Shown here piece by piece: positions 1 through 10,422 of a stretch of DNA of 64,000 bases. The notes beneath the pieces are model-generated. The model was given only the letters and a program-made list of their open reading frames with translations, made no database searches and was not told the origin of the DNA. This DNA is from a virus, in the IMG/VR virus record IMGVR_UViG_3300009159_000062, positions 6,348 to 70,347 of that record; one strand, written 5' to 3'. The position numbers were made by a program, and so were the translations under genes. Position 1 is the stretch's first letter; each line of letters begins with the position of its first letter.

Positions 1-404
1 ATTGGAGGACTTGAACTAACCACTTTAAACTCTGTGGTATTTTCTATTTCTTTTGTTTTAGGGTTTTCCTTTTGGAATACCTGGGCAATGCCAGAATCTA
101 GCAACGCCTTTTCAATTCTGCTATGAGATAAAACTCCACTGCTCATATTTGCTATGTCATACGGAGTGCTGTAAGTTTCAAATATTGCGCCTTCAAATGC
201 CAAATACCAATATCTTGGGCAAACACCATTTCCATCGCTATAAGTTAAGGTTGACGGAGCAAATGTCTTCTTAGTCATAAACTTTGGATCCTGATTTGCA
301 ATATACCCGCTGTTAATTTTTTCCGCTATACCAGAAACGTCAAACGCTGGTGGTGGTGCGCTGTCTTTTTTAATCATAACCTGCTGTAATAAGTTTTTAG
401 TCAT
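1..404 (-). CDS. Cas4-like/PD-(D/E)XK exonuclease, N-terminal part (runs off window)
   Basis: Manually translated, not in ORF track: MTKNLLQQVMIKK...TFAPSTLTYSDGNGVCPRYWYLAFEG...SGVLSHSRIEK. The xPS..CPR.W..G...H pattern is typical of phage Cas4-like nucleases. AAGGA SD upstream. Confidence 0.65.
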   Translation of the reverse strand, partial: MTKNLLQQVMIKKDSAPPPAFDVSGIAEKINSGYIANQDPKFMTKKTFAPSTLTYSDGNGVCPRYWYLAFEGAIFETYSTPYDIANMSSGVLSHSRIEKALLDSGIAQVFQKENPKTKEIENTTEFKVVSSSPP

Positions 405-439
405 TTTATCCTTTTCTGTTTAATTAATTATATCAGTTA

Positions 440-745
440 TCAGCGAGTTATGTATTTGAGTGCTGAGACCAAGTTGTTTACGGATTCTGCTGCTGTGTAG
501 TAAATATTTTTTTTAGCCCTATTGTTTTTATCTACATTGGCCATCCAGGTTGCCTTTAAAGAAAGTTTAGCAGCAATAGCCTGAAGCCTTACAATTTCAA
601 CAGTTGCCACAGCAATAGGAATGTCTGGCTTTATAATAAGTTTAGCGATCATCTCAAGAGATGTTGTTAATTCTTTATCATCCATGTATTCAGCAATTTC
701 TGCCAATCCATTAATAGATTCAAGTGTTGTCTTTTCTGGCTCCAT
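440..745 (-). CDS. hypothetical helical phage protein
   Basis: 101-aa ORF, start overlaps upstream stop, co-oriented in operon. Confidence 0.7.
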   Translation of the reverse strand: MEPEKTTLESINGLAEIAEYMDDKELTTSLEMIAKLIIKPDIPIAVATVEIVRLQAIAAKLSLKATWMANVDKNNRAKKNIYYTAAESVNNLVSALKYITR

Positions 746-1401
746 TATTTATTTCCCTTCAATGCCTCTAGTTGTTCGAAAAACTTTTTTCTATATTCTT
801 TCATTTTTGGCATACTGTTATGCCTTTTGATAATTACGTCTCGCTCTTCTTTACTCATTTGTTTTTCAGCATAAGGCTGATGTTCAAGTTTATTGGAAAA
901 ATGAAATACAATAACTTCGCATCTATCATTTTCTTTTAATATAATTGGGTCTCTCCAATGAATTCTATCTGAAGCCTCGAATACCAAAACCTCATTATTC
1001 TGTAATATAAATCCTTCATCTTCAACAACAATTGGCCAATCAATATTGCTTGACATTTGATAATCAATACTAACTTTTGTATAGTAGTTTTCAACATCAA
1101 GGTGTGGTGGAAGATTTGGAGAATTGCCATTTCCATATTTACCAAAGTAGTCCAGATACTGATAATGTGTTAGTTCTAAATCTGGATCATCAACAAACTG
1201 TTTTGCTAGTGTTATTAATTTTTCTTCAATGTTTTTTGGAATAGCAAATTCAATTTGAGATCTTGACATTGACTCAATAGTCATTGGAGCGTACCTGCTA
1301 GATCCAGGCTCCAACATTCTATTTGTTTCTATTAACTCTCTTAATATTCTTTCTTCTTCTAAAGTAAAGAAATTTTTAAAAATACCGCTTTTTGTTTCCA
1401 T
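745..1401 (-). CDS. 2OG-Fe(II) oxygenase-like protein (PHxD...HWR family)
   Basis: LPPHLD...WPIVVE...DRIHWRDP: HxD plus distal His facial triad. Confidence 0.7.
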   Translation of the reverse strand: METKSGIFKNFFTLEEERILRELIETNRMLEPGSSRYAPMTIESMSRSQIEFAIPKNIEEKLITLAKQFVDDPDLELTHYQYLDYFGKYGNGNSPNLPPHLDVENYYTKVSIDYQMSSNIDWPIVVEDEGFILQNNEVLVFEASDRIHWRDPIILKENDRCEVIVFHFSNKLEHQPYAEKQMSKEERDVIIKRHNSMPKMKEYRKKFFEQLEALKGNK

Positions 1402-1407
1402 CTTACT

Positions 1408-1436
1408 ATATTACCACAAAAGCGGTTTATTGTCAA
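1408..1436 (-). promoter_or_regulatory. sigma70/SigA promoter, leaderless
   Basis: TTGACA-17 nt-TAATAT with TGG extension, 6 nt before ATG at 1401. Confidence 0.7.
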
Positions 1437-1443
1437 TTCTATA

Positions 1444-2046
1444 TCAATTTTTATTTAAAAGCCCTTGTATGGTTGTTCTAGCAAAGTTATTACAAGCAAC
1501 AACTAATCTTTCCGCAATATCGCTTTTATGATTTTCTTTATAGGATGGCTCACTATCTATTGAAAAATGAGCAAAAATCATTTCAATAAAATCATCATCT
1601 TTAAATTCTTTATATTCTCTCCAATGTATTTGATTGGTTCCAGAAAAGGTTAGGGCCTCATTATTCTTTAAAGTAAATGATCTGTTATCGACAATAATTG
1701 CCCAGTCTATATTTGATTTTACTTGAATATCAATTGTTACTCTTGGAGTGGAAAAGGCATTGTCAAAATGTGGAGTTAATATTGGCATTTCTCCATACTG
1801 TTTTGAATATCTTGCAAAAGAAATTTCTTGAAGTTTAACTGGCTCATCATATATTTCTTTAGCAATAGAGTTAATTTTATTTATTACTGACTCTGGCAAT
1901 TGATTAAACCATACTTTTTGTGCATAGATTGAGGTAGTTGAAGTTTTTTCTTTTTGGTTTATATCAATTGTTTGGTATAAGTCTTCTATTTCTTGATTTG
2001 TAAAAACATCTTTATATACAGAATTCTTAAGTAATTTACTTTGCAT
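1444..2046 (-). CDS. 2OG-Fe(II) oxygenase-like protein (PHxD...HWR family)
   Basis: LTPHFD...NQIHWRE. Start trimmed to MQSKLL, overlapping the end of the upstream gene. Confidence 0.7.
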   Translation of the reverse strand: MQSKLLKNSVYKDVFTNQEIEDLYQTIDINQKEKTSTTSIYAQKVWFNQLPESVINKINSIAKEIYDEPVKLQEISFARYSKQYGEMPILTPHFDNAFSTPRVTIDIQVKSNIDWAIIVDNRSFTLKNNEALTFSGTNQIHWREYKEFKDDDFIEMIFAHFSIDSEPSYKENHKSDIAERLVVACNNFARTTIQGLLNKN

Positions 2047-2740
2047 TATCTTTAGGCTTAACTTTAACCTCAGTATCAACTATTTCTGTTTCTACCTTAT
2101 CGCTGTTTATACCAGTTTCGTCCATTAGCATGCTTGATCTAAATCTCATTATTCGATCGTGATCTTTTCTTTTATACTTAGGAGGAATATGTGTAAACCA
2201 ACAGAACATCATATTTATGTCTGTGTGTGCTGGCAAAACCTTTTTTTCTCGCCAATGCATCTGACTAGTGCCAGAAAATAGAAGACCTTGATTATCTTCT
2301 AAATGAAAGGTTTCTCCCTCTACAATAACTCCCCATTTTTCATTTGTTTTTAACTGAACATCTATCAAAAACATATCTACTGGGCGTGTGTCATAATGAG
2401 GAAAAAGTTTTACCATGTAATCAAATTGCGGACTGTACTTTACTATTGAGATTTGCTCTACTTTCATTTCTTCACCCATAGTGTCACTCATTAGTTTTGT
2501 AAGTTTTTCTTTTACCTGATCGCTGGGCTGAAGGTCAGTGTATACTCCTTGTCCACCCCAAGTTTGAATTTTAATTTTATCTTTTGGGTATTCTTCCATA
2601 TCTTTTAGAATAGTGTCTATTTCTTCTTGGGTTAGTACATTATCAAAAATTATTGGCTTAAAATCACTATCTCTAATGTGCTCTTGGCTTTCAATTAAAG
2701 CCTTATATCTAGGTAAGTGGTCATAGTTAAAAGTTGACAT
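2036..2740 (-). CDS. 2OG-Fe(II) oxygenase-like protein (PHxD...HWR family)
   Basis: LFPHYD...SQMHWRE. Confidence 0.7.
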   Translation of the reverse strand: MSTFNYDHLPRYKALIESQEHIRDSDFKPIIFDNVLTQEEIDTILKDMEEYPKDKIKIQTWGGQGVYTDLQPSDQVKEKLTKLMSDTMGEEMKVEQISIVKYSPQFDYMVKLFPHYDTRPVDMFLIDVQLKTNEKWGVIVEGETFHLEDNQGLLFSGTSQMHWREKKVLPAHTDINMMFCWFTHIPPKYKRKDHDRIMRFRSSMLMDETGINSDKVETEIVDTEVKVKPKDNAK

Positions 2741-2742
2741 AA

Positions 2743-3075
2743 TTATATTATACCACTACCCTGGTCTAAAGGATTGCTCTTTTGGCTTGTATTTTTAGTG
2801 ACTACTATGTCTTCTAATACTGATAACTCTATAATGGCAAGCCTAACCTTAGATTTTTCGTCCCCTATAGAAACAAAAAGGGCTGGGTCTTTATGATTTT
2901 TTATAGAGTCTGTTGTTATTTTTGCCCAAACATCTTTATTTAAAGTAAAAGATTTTTTAACTTCTTTAAAGTCAACAGTAAAGTTTTCCCAGGTTGCGTC
3001 GCCCTTTTGATTATTTCTTCCAGAGTTTTTATGTTGCTTGGCGCCAATTCTTTTACTTTCTGATCTTTCACTCAT
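2743..3075 (-). CDS. Hjc-type Holliday junction resolvase-like nuclease
   Basis: MSERSE...NSG...KGD...VDFK, PD-(D/E)XK-like, near recA. Start trimmed to MSERS. Confidence 0.55.
   Translation of the reverse strand: MSERSESKRIGAKQHKNSGRNNQKGDATWENFTVDFKEVKKSFTLNKDVWAKITTDSIKNHKDPALFVSIGDEKSKVRLAIIELSVLEDIVVTKNTSQKSNPLDQGSGII
2747..2755 (-). promoter_or_regulatory. extended -10 promoter TGGTATAAT, leaderless
   Basis: TGGTATAAT-6 nt-ATG(2740), embedded in the last codons of the upstream gene. Confidence 0.65.
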
Positions 3076-3250
3076 TAGCAAAGTCCTTTTTCTTTTTCTT
3101 TTTAGGAACAAGCGATACTCTTGATATGTGTTTTTTACTACACATCCAAGTAGCATCTCCCGTTTCTATCCATAATCTCAATGAAGAAACTTCTTCTTGG
3201 CATGTTTTACACGGCCACTTTCCTGGATAAATAGAGTATTTATTTTGCAA
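3068..3250 (-). CDS. small zinc-ribbon protein
   Basis: CKTC...CSKKH, basic tail, translationally coupled. Confidence 0.55.
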   Translation of the reverse strand: MQNKYSIYPGKWPCKTCQEEVSSLRLWIETGDATWMCSKKHISRVSLVPKKKKKKDFANE

Positions 3251-3255
3251 AATTA

Positions 3256-4446
3256 TTAGTCGTCATCCTTTATTGAAAAATTAAAGAATAGTAAGTCAGA
3301 GCCACGGCTATCCTGATCAGAAAGAATAATTTTACAATCTTGAGACGTTGGAGATAGGGTAAGCGCATAATGTTGTTTTACTGTAAATGGCTTATCGTTA
3401 ATCAAATATTTACAGTTATTGTCTGTTAACGGTATCATTAAACTAACTAACTTTTTGTTAGATTGGTTTTCATATCCTTTCATTATGCTTTCATTATTTA
3501 CTAAATTTTTAACTAAATAAGCATTTTCGAATACAAGATCAAATTCAGCATGGACATGCTTCATAAATGTGATTACTTTGTTTTTGGCTTCTTCTGTAAT
3601 ATCGACAATTTTACTTTCTAAATTATTCATATTGTCTGGATTGTAAAAATCAAAAATATCTTTTCCATTAATTGGAGCCCTATACATTGTATTATGTGTA
3701 AGTGGTGTTGAGCCATCTAGACTAATTTTTTTAAAATCAGGGTATTGATTTGACAATTCTGATATTTGTATTTTCTTCCACCAATCTTCTTTTTTGAGTG
3801 ATGGTGGCGCTTCAATTTTTTTATTAATAAAACTTGATCTTATTTTCATTATGTCTGAATTTTCTTTAGACATTGCTCTTGGACTCTTATGCTGTAACCA
3901 AAAAAATAAAAGATCAATCTTTGCATTTTCTTTTAATTTAATAGGCTCTCTCCAATGAATTCTGCCAGTGCCACAAAATAAAAGTGCCTCGTTATCTCCA
4001 AAGTCAAATCTTTTTCCTTCCATAAACAATCCCCAATTTTCCGTAGACTGAACATGATAGTCAAATACATACATTTCTACTGGACGTGCATCATAGTGTG
4101 GACCGAACTTTGGGTACCATCCAAAATCTGGGCTATACCTATTGCCCCCCACCTCTAAAACTTCCAACTCTTCTCCTACTGCATCGCTAGCCATTTTTTC
4201 AATTTTTTCAATAATGCTTTTTCTATTTAAAAAATTAATATCTAAAGTTCCCAAACCGTTGTATGCCTGAACATTTATATTTTCTGCTGTTACATTATTA
4301 AATTGATCTTTGATGTATTCTAATTCTTCATCTGGTAAAACATTTGTAAAAAGAATTGGTTCAAAATCTTGGCCATTTATTTTTGGTTGACTTTGAACTA
4401 GGCGAATATACTCTGGAAACGTTTCTTCATTATAATACTCATTCAT
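3256..4446 (-). CDS. 2OG-Fe(II) oxygenase-like protein (PHxD...HWR) with second, apparently degenerate domain
   Basis: FGPHYD...GRIHWRE, clearly similar to 2036..2740. Own TATAAT-6 nt-ATG promoter. Confidence 0.7.
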   Translation of the reverse strand: MNEYYNEETFPEYIRLVQSQPKINGQDFEPILFTNVLPDEELEYIKDQFNNVTAENINVQAYNGLGTLDINFLNRKSIIEKIEKMASDAVGEELEVLEVGGNRYSPDFGWYPKFGPHYDARPVEMYVFDYHVQSTENWGLFMEGKRFDFGDNEALLFCGTGRIHWREPIKLKENAKIDLLFFWLQHKSPRAMSKENSDIMKIRSSFINKKIEAPPSLKKEDWWKKIQISELSNQYPDFKKISLDGSTPLTHNTMYRAPINGKDIFDFYNPDNMNNLESKIVDITEEAKNKVITFMKHVHAEFDLVFENAYLVKNLVNNESIMKGYENQSNKKLVSLMIPLTDNNCKYLINDKPFTVKQHYALTLSPTSQDCKIILSDQDSRGSDLLFFNFSIKDDD

Positions 4447-4481
4447 AATAAGATTATACTCTATCTATAAAAAATAAAAGA

Positions 4482-5495
4482 CTATGCATTTAGTTTATCC
4501 ATAATAGACTCTTGAAGATCTAGATCCTCTTTTACACGATTAATAAATCCTTCTCTGCCCTGGACTTTTGAGCCATCTGGTAATATATACCAGGCTCCTG
4601 TGCGCTCTACTATGCCCCTTAATTCAGCAGTATCAATAAGATCAGCGATGCTGTCAACCCCAACTGAGTCACCTCTAAAGTAAAAATCATACTCTCCAGA
4701 CTGAAACCCTGGACTTGTTTTTGAAAATTGCAAGTCCCACCTAATCTTACGACCAACCTTTTCTTCAATTAATTTATCACCTACAGGAATCTTCCCTTTA
4801 ATTGCTTGATTGTCCGATTCTGAAGAAAATAACTTAATAACTGTTGAAGAGTAGAATTTAGTAGCCTGACCGCCAGTAGGCTGCTGGCTAGTATACATAG
4901 CAGAAATATTATTACGGCTTTGACTAATAAGAATAAAAAGAGTTGGCTTAACTTTATTATTAGCATAATTAATCATTTTCCAGGCATTGGAAAAGTCTCT
5001 TGATTCTGCTCCAATTTGTTTTGTATTTTCAAGTTGTTTAAGTTCATCTGAATCTTTTTCAAAATAGATTGCTGGAAGAAGTGATGTAATTGAATCAACA
5101 ACAATTAAATCAACTCCAGCATTCATCAAATTTGTTCCAATATCTACCATTTCATTTATTGTTCGGCACTGAGAAACAATAAGTTTTGAAGAGTCTACTC
5201 CAAGTAACTCAGCCCAAACTTTATCATATGACATTTCTGCATCAATCCATGCACAAATTTTTCCTTCTTTTTGTGCAAGTGCTACTGTTTGTAAGCATAG
5301 GGACGATTTAGCACTTGATTTACTTCCCCATATTAAAACTTGGCGTCCATACGGCAAGCCACCGTTTAATGCTTTGTTTAACCCATAACTTGGTGTTGCA
5401 GCATATTGTGTTGGTGGAATCGTGTCTCCCGACATTACAGTCTTTCTTAACTTTGGATTAAGTTGCGCTAATACATCTTCTATGGTCATTGTCAT
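4482..5495 (-). CDS. recA: RecA/UvsX-like recombinase
   Basis: GGLPYGR, Walker A variant GSKSSAKS, WIDAE, VVDS, TGGQATKFYSS, GAWY. Confidence 0.92.
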   Translation of the reverse strand: MTMTIEDVLAQLNPKLRKTVMSGDTIPPTQYAATPSYGLNKALNGGLPYGRQVLIWGSKSSAKSSLCLQTVALAQKEGKICAWIDAEMSYDKVWAELLGVDSSKLIVSQCRTINEMVDIGTNLMNAGVDLIVVDSITSLLPAIYFEKDSDELKQLENTKQIGAESRDFSNAWKMINYANNKVKPTLFILISQSRNNISAMYTSQQPTGGQATKFYSSTVIKLFSSESDNQAIKGKIPVGDKLIEEKVGRKIRWDLQFSKTSPGFQSGEYDFYFRGDSVGVDSIADLIDTAELRGIVERTGAWYILPDGSKVQGREGFINRVKEDLDLQESIMDKLNA

Positions 5496-5516
5496 TTTTT
5501 ATTACCCCTTATCACT

Positions 5517-8500
5517 TTAAACTAACACATCCTCTAATATAATTGTTCCATCTTTTGTTTTTCCCAAAACAAACTTATAGGCTTTTCCTTCTTCAATATG
5601 CATGTATGCTCTTGCAAAAGATGTTGGAAATACTGTAATAGAATGCAAATCTCTTGATGTATCTGCTAAAGTTAATGATGCCATTTTTTTGCCAGCCTTA
5701 GTTGTTCTAGGTTTAAATGCTACCACAAACATTTCTTCTTCTGTAAAAGGCAATTGTTTGTATCCTAAAAATTTAACTAAAGCATTTTGAGACCCCTTTA
5801 ACTGATCGACAGGGATAGCAGAAAGAATCCTATTATCATTAGCAAGAATGAGATACGTGTTACCTGCCTCAATAGTTGTCTGTTCTTCATCGAATATACC
5901 TACACTTCCTGTTTTATCTAATACTTCTACTCGTGACCAGCCAGTGCCTCGTTTAATATTTTTTACCATACCCATTAATACATATGATCCCTTTTCTTCA
6001 AAGTCCGAAACGTCTTGAATAAAGGCATGATAGTGTGATGGAAGCACAGTATTGAACTCAGGCAAATTCAAATACTCATAAAGATTTTCTTTAATTCTTT
6101 TATCGTCTCGTGGATTATCTTGAAATGTTAATGCTCCGACAGAGTTCATTGCCGTAAGGGCTCTACTATTTACCCCATTGCCTTTTGTAAAGGTAAAAGT
6201 TTCAACGTCCTTATATGTGTTAAATGGCCTTGCACTAATATATTTATCTGCAATCTTATCTGAAATAAACTTAATTGCTGTTAATCCAAAACGTATACCC
6301 TTGCCCTCAATTTCAAAATCTTTTGCAGAGTCATTGATGTGCGGCAATTTAACTGGAATGCCCATTCTTTTAGCCTCAATTAAATACTCTGTTCTATTGT
6401 CTGGGCTTTTTTCATTTTTTAATAAAGCAAACATAAATTCAATTGGATAGTAATACTTTAGCCACGCCGTCCAAAACGAGAGTGTAGAGTAAGCAACCGC
6501 ATGACTCTTGTTGAACGAGTATCCCGCATGCGCTTCAAAGTCATGCCATAAATCACGAGCCAAATTGGGGCTAATATAATTAGAAGCACCACTAATAAAC
6601 TTTTCTTGAAAAACATCAAACTCCCTAGCATTTTTTTTCTTACCGATAATTTTACGAACCTGATCGGCCTCAGACATTGTCATTCCACCAAGTTCTACGC
6701 AGGCTTGCATAACTTGTTCCTGATATAAAATACATCCGTACGTATCAGATGTTATTGTTTTTATTTTATCATGAAGATATGTAACTTTTTGTTTACCATG
6801 TTTACGTAAAATATAATCTTTTCCAATAGTATTCATTGCTCCTGGTCTTACTAGAGCGTTTGATGCTGCAAGTTCTGAAAGATTTTTTACACCCATCTTA
6901 ACAAGAAGGTTTGTGTATGGTGTTGCTTCACACTGAAACACACCCTTTGTATATCCTGACGAAATCATTTCATAAATATTTTGATCAGTTAAATCAATTT
7001 CTAATAAATTAATTTTTATAAAGTGTCTTTTTTCAACCTCATCAATTGTATCTTTAATTACACTTAATGTCTTTAAGCCAAGAGCATCAATTTTAATTAA
7101 GCCAATTTTTTCAGCCTCTTCCATATTAACTGCCACAACAGGTATGCGCTCATCGGAACCAGGAGAAGAGCGTGTTTCCAGCGGTGCGTACCTAAAAATA
7201 GGATCTTTACTAGTGACAACCCCAGCAGCATGAATGCCAGTACCTCTAATACGTCCACGTAATTGTTCCCCCAATTTTTCTATCTCTGGATATTTTTCTC
7301 TAAACCAATGAGTTGTTTTACTCATACAGTATTCATCCCATGTATCTACTAACTTTAAAACTTTATTAACATCTGACAATGGAACATTCAGTGCTCTTGC
7401 AACATCCCTAACAACTCCCTTATCTTTAAATTCTAAGAAAGTTGTAATTGATGCAACGTGGCGATATTGTCTAACAAGATAATCTTTTACTTCATCACGT
7501 CTTGAATCTTGAATGTCAGTATCAATATCTGGAAAGTCATTTCTATCTGGGTTAATAAAACGAAAAAACAAAAGTCCGTGTTCGATTGGATCAATGTCTG
7601 TAATACTAAGTAAAAAACAAAGAAGAGACCCTGCAGAAGAACCACGACCAGGGCCAACCATAATGTCTTCTTTTTTGGCCCAGTTAATCATATTACTAAC
7701 AACAAGAAAATATGGAGCAAAGTTTTTTTCACGAATAACCTCAAGTTCTTCCATTAAGCGAACTTCGTAAACATCGTTGCCAAGCCAATTACTGGTAAGT
7801 TTTTTTTCTTCCAAACCAGCAAAGGCTAAATTTGATAATTCTTGGTCTGGATTTTTATACTGAACTGGCAATAAATTTAAATGTTCTTTGATGTTATAGT
7901 CTTCAATTTTTGCAGCAATCTCTAATGTATTTTCATATATATCTTCTCTATATATATCTTGCTTTAGCATAGCGCTTTTAATTTCATCATATGAAAGTAG
8001 ATGAATGTCAAACTTATTAAAACTCATCATTCTTTCTTTGCCATACAAATAGTCTAAGCGTCTCATCATATCTTTATGAGTTTTAGATTTTTCATATGTA
8101 ACGCCTTTTTCTAATTTTGCGTGTGTATTTAAAATTAACATAAGTTCTTGAATTTCTTTTTGATCTGTTGTTGAGTGGTGGCAATCTGGTGTAACAACTA
8201 CTTTAATGTTAAATTCGTCTGCTAAATCAATTAAAGCGATATTAATTTGTGCTGGATTGTGGGGCATCACTTCGATATAATAATCATCATTAAAAACTCT
8301 TTTAAACCATTGTATTTTTTCTTTTGCAACTGCATAATTTTCTTGCTCAACAGCCTTTGTAACTATTCCACTGAGGCATGCAGAAGTAACAATAATCCCC
8401 TCTTTATACTTTTCTAATGTCTCAAAGTCAAACCTAGGTTTTCTAAAATATCCCTCAGTCCAAGCAATTTCGTTTATCTTGTTTAAATTTTCCAAACCTT

Positions 8501-8801
8501 TTTCATTCTTAGCCAATAGAACAATGTGATTATAGTTATTGTCTAATGGGTCAGTGCGTTCTGCCTTTTCACGACGATCAAACCTATCATTAGTCATATA
8601 TCCTTCTATGCCAAGAATTGGTTTGATTCCCCTTGATTTTGCCTCACGAGCAAATTCACGATGGCCTGAAAGCGTTCCGTGGTCTGTGATCGCTAGAGAG
8701 GTCATCCCTAGCGCCACAGCACGGTCTAAGTATTCTACTGGAGTAGCAACCCCATCCATTAATGAGTAATGTGTATGTACATGCAGTCCAGTGTAACTCA
8801 T
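5517..8801 (-). CDS. dnaE: DNA polymerase III alpha subunit (family C)
   Basis: LHVHTHYSLMDG, AITDHG (PHP), GPGRGSSAGS, PDIDTD, GIHAAG, GYSFNKSHA. Start trimmed to MSYTG. Confidence 0.95.
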   Translation of the reverse strand: MSYTGLHVHTHYSLMDGVATPVEYLDRAVALGMTSLAITDHGTLSGHREFAREAKSRGIKPILGIEGYMTNDRFDRREKAERTDPLDNNYNHIVLLAKNEKGLENLNKINEIAWTEGYFRKPRFDFETLEKYKEGIIVTSACLSGIVTKAVEQENYAVAKEKIQWFKRVFNDDYYIEVMPHNPAQINIALIDLADEFNIKVVVTPDCHHSTTDQKEIQELMLILNTHAKLEKGVTYEKSKTHKDMMRRLDYLYGKERMMSFNKFDIHLLSYDEIKSAMLKQDIYREDIYENTLEIAAKIEDYNIKEHLNLLPVQYKNPDQELSNLAFAGLEEKKLTSNWLGNDVYEVRLMEELEVIREKNFAPYFLVVSNMINWAKKEDIMVGPGRGSSAGSLLCFLLSITDIDPIEHGLLFFRFINPDRNDFPDIDTDIQDSRRDEVKDYLVRQYRHVASITTFLEFKDKGVVRDVARALNVPLSDVNKVLKLVDTWDEYCMSKTTHWFREKYPEIEKLGEQLRGRIRGTGIHAAGVVTSKDPIFRYAPLETRSSPGSDERIPVVAVNMEEAEKIGLIKIDALGLKTLSVIKDTIDEVEKRHFIKINLLEIDLTDQNIYEMISSGYTKGVFQCEATPYTNLLVKMGVKNLSELAASNALVRPGAMNTIGKDYILRKHGKQKVTYLHDKIKTITSDTYGCILYQEQVMQACVELGGMTMSEADQVRKIIGKKKNAREFDVFQEKFISGASNYISPNLARDLWHDFEAHAGYSFNKSHAVAYSTLSFWTAWLKYYYPIEFMFALLKNEKSPDNRTEYLIEAKRMGIPVKLPHINDSAKDFEIEGKGIRFGLTAIKFISDKIADKYISARPFNTYKDVETFTFTKGNGVNSRALTAMNSVGALTFQDNPRDDKRIKENLYEYLNLPEFNTVLPSHYHAFIQDVSDFEEKGSYVLMGMVKNIKRGTGWSRVEVLDKTGSVGIFDEEQTTIEAGNTYLILANDNRILSAIPVDQLKGSQNALVKFLGYKQLPFTEEEMFVVAFKPRTTKAGKKMASLTLADTSRDLHSITVFPTSFARAYMHIEEGKAYKFVLGKTKDGTIILEDVLV

Positions 8802-8802
8802 A

Positions 8803-9453
8803 CTACCAATCAGTATTGGTTGATGAGGTTGTTGATGGTGAATCAAAGCCAAGATAAAATGCCTCTTGCTCTGCATATGGAACACGACGTAGAGCCATTT
8901 CTAATGGGTATGGTGTAACACCCTCCCAAGTGAATGGTTCTTTGTCTGGAGAAGATGGGATCATAGTATAACTAGTTTCTGTACTTTGTCCATTTCTCTT
9001 TAATTTCCAAGTTAGGTTTGAGATGCTTCCTGTCTCCAAGGCATACTCACGAATTGTATTGAATGATGACTGCTTGCTAACACCCATTGACCAAATGGCT
9101 ACGTATGGTGGCTCAATGCCATCATCTACAAGAACGTTGCAATAAAAACGAAGGCGTGCTCTCCAGCCAGCCTTTGGATCCTTGCGATGCATTTCTTCTG
9201 CCCAGTCACGGCCTTCGCCATCCATGGTGTCTACTGCTTTTCGCTTATAGTCTTTTGGATTAACGTGTTCTTTTACAACAAGAGCAAGGCCACGATCTGC
9301 ATTGTAATTTGCAGAGTCTTCGTCTAACTCTTCAATAAAGCGAATTTTAACTGCTTGTCCGTCAGCAAGTTTTAGCCAGCGAACTTTTGGTATGTCTGAT
9401 TTTGGCTTGTCGAGCAGGGCGTTGATATTCTTTAGTCCCTTAATAACGCTCAT
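8803..9453 (-). CDS. single-stranded DNA-binding protein (gp32-like)
   Basis: Lies between primase and polymerase, KLKRNG...TSY motif, short C-terminal tail ending DW, strong AAGGAG SD. Confidence 0.6.
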   Translation of the reverse strand: MSVIKGLKNINALLDKPKSDIPKVRWLKLADGQAVKIRFIEELDEDSANYNADRGLALVVKEHVNPKDYKRKAVDTMDGEGRDWAEEMHRKDPKAGWRARLRFYCNVLVDDGIEPPYVAIWSMGVSKQSSFNTIREYALETGSISNLTWKLKRNGQSTETSYTMIPSSPDKEPFTWEGVTPYPLEMALRRVPYAEQEAFYLGFDSPSTTSSTNTDW

Positions 9454-9480
9454 ATGTTTTCTCCTTTTGTGTTTGTATAT

Positions 9481-10422
9481 TTATTCTAGCATAGAAGATA
9501 TGGACTTGTCAAACTGGAACTCAAGATTCCTGATTGCCTTATCATCCATATCCCCTATATCTTTATATTCTATATTAAGTTGTATAACAGAAGCACGAGA
9601 TTTTAATTTTTCAATTATTCTATCTCTCATGTTTCCTCCTGCTTCATCGTTATCTGCAATAATAATAATATTATTGAAATATCTTTGAAGCAATTCTATT
9701 TGTGTATTTGATACATTTGCACCCAGGGTTGCTACTGCAGAAAAACCAACTTGGTCTAATCTAATTGCATCAAATGATGACTCAACAACATATACCTTGC
9801 TAGATGCCTTCACTCTGTGCAAATTAAAAAGAACTTTAGATTTTGGCAATCCTGGAGTATTCTTAAATTCTTTTCCTTCTATAGACCTACCAACAAAACC
9901 AACTGGAAGTCCATCTGGAGCGTGCACTGGTATCGTTATCATATCTTGTTTTTCTGAATACCCTAAATTAAATTTAACAATAGAATCTCTTGTTATTCTT
10001 CTTCTTTCATAATAAGACATTGACCTTGGAGAGTTTAATGCCTGATTGTTAAGTCTTTTAATTATCAACTCATCAAAAACTTTATATTCTGGAATATGGA
10101 TTAATGCTTTATTTACTGCAGTCTCAATATCTATATTTTGACTTTTGCTAGTTACAAACCTAATAGCCTCAAAATAAGTCCTGTGAGTTATTTCACTAAC
10201 AAATGATATAAGATCTCTTGTTGTCTGACAAGAAAAACATAGGAATGTTCCTTTAGTTTTAGAAACTTCCCCAGCGGGGGTTCTAAAATTATTGTGATAT
10301 GGGCAAAAAATTATAAAATCTGTATCTAGTTCTTTTTGAATATCAATACCAGATCCCTCTAAAACTCTACGCACTTGAGAGTCGGTATAAAGATCCTTCG
10401 AATATCTTTTATTGTTTGACAT
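9481..10422 (-). CDS. dnaG: DNA primase (zinc finger + TOPRIM)
   Basis: CPYH...CFSC zinc finger, VVESSFDA, ADNDEAG, KDIGD. Confidence 0.88.
   Translation of the reverse strand: MSNNKRYSKDLYTDSQVRRVLEGSGIDIQKELDTDFIIFCPYHNNFRTPAGEVSKTKGTFLCFSCQTTRDLISFVSEITHRTYFEAIRFVTSKSQNIDIETAVNKALIHIPEYKVFDELIIKRLNNQALNSPRSMSYYERRRITRDSIVKFNLGYSEKQDMITIPVHAPDGLPVGFVGRSIEGKEFKNTPGLPKSKVLFNLHRVKASSKVYVVESSFDAIRLDQVGFSAVATLGANVSNTQIELLQRYFNNIIIIADNDEAGGNMRDRIIEKLKSRASVIQLNIEYKDIGDMDDKAIRNLEFQFDKSISSMLE

Noticed and set aside
1-404. CRISPR-Cas locus suggested by Cas4-like gene
   Set aside because: No array or other cas genes; solo Cas4-like nucleases are common in phage recombination modules
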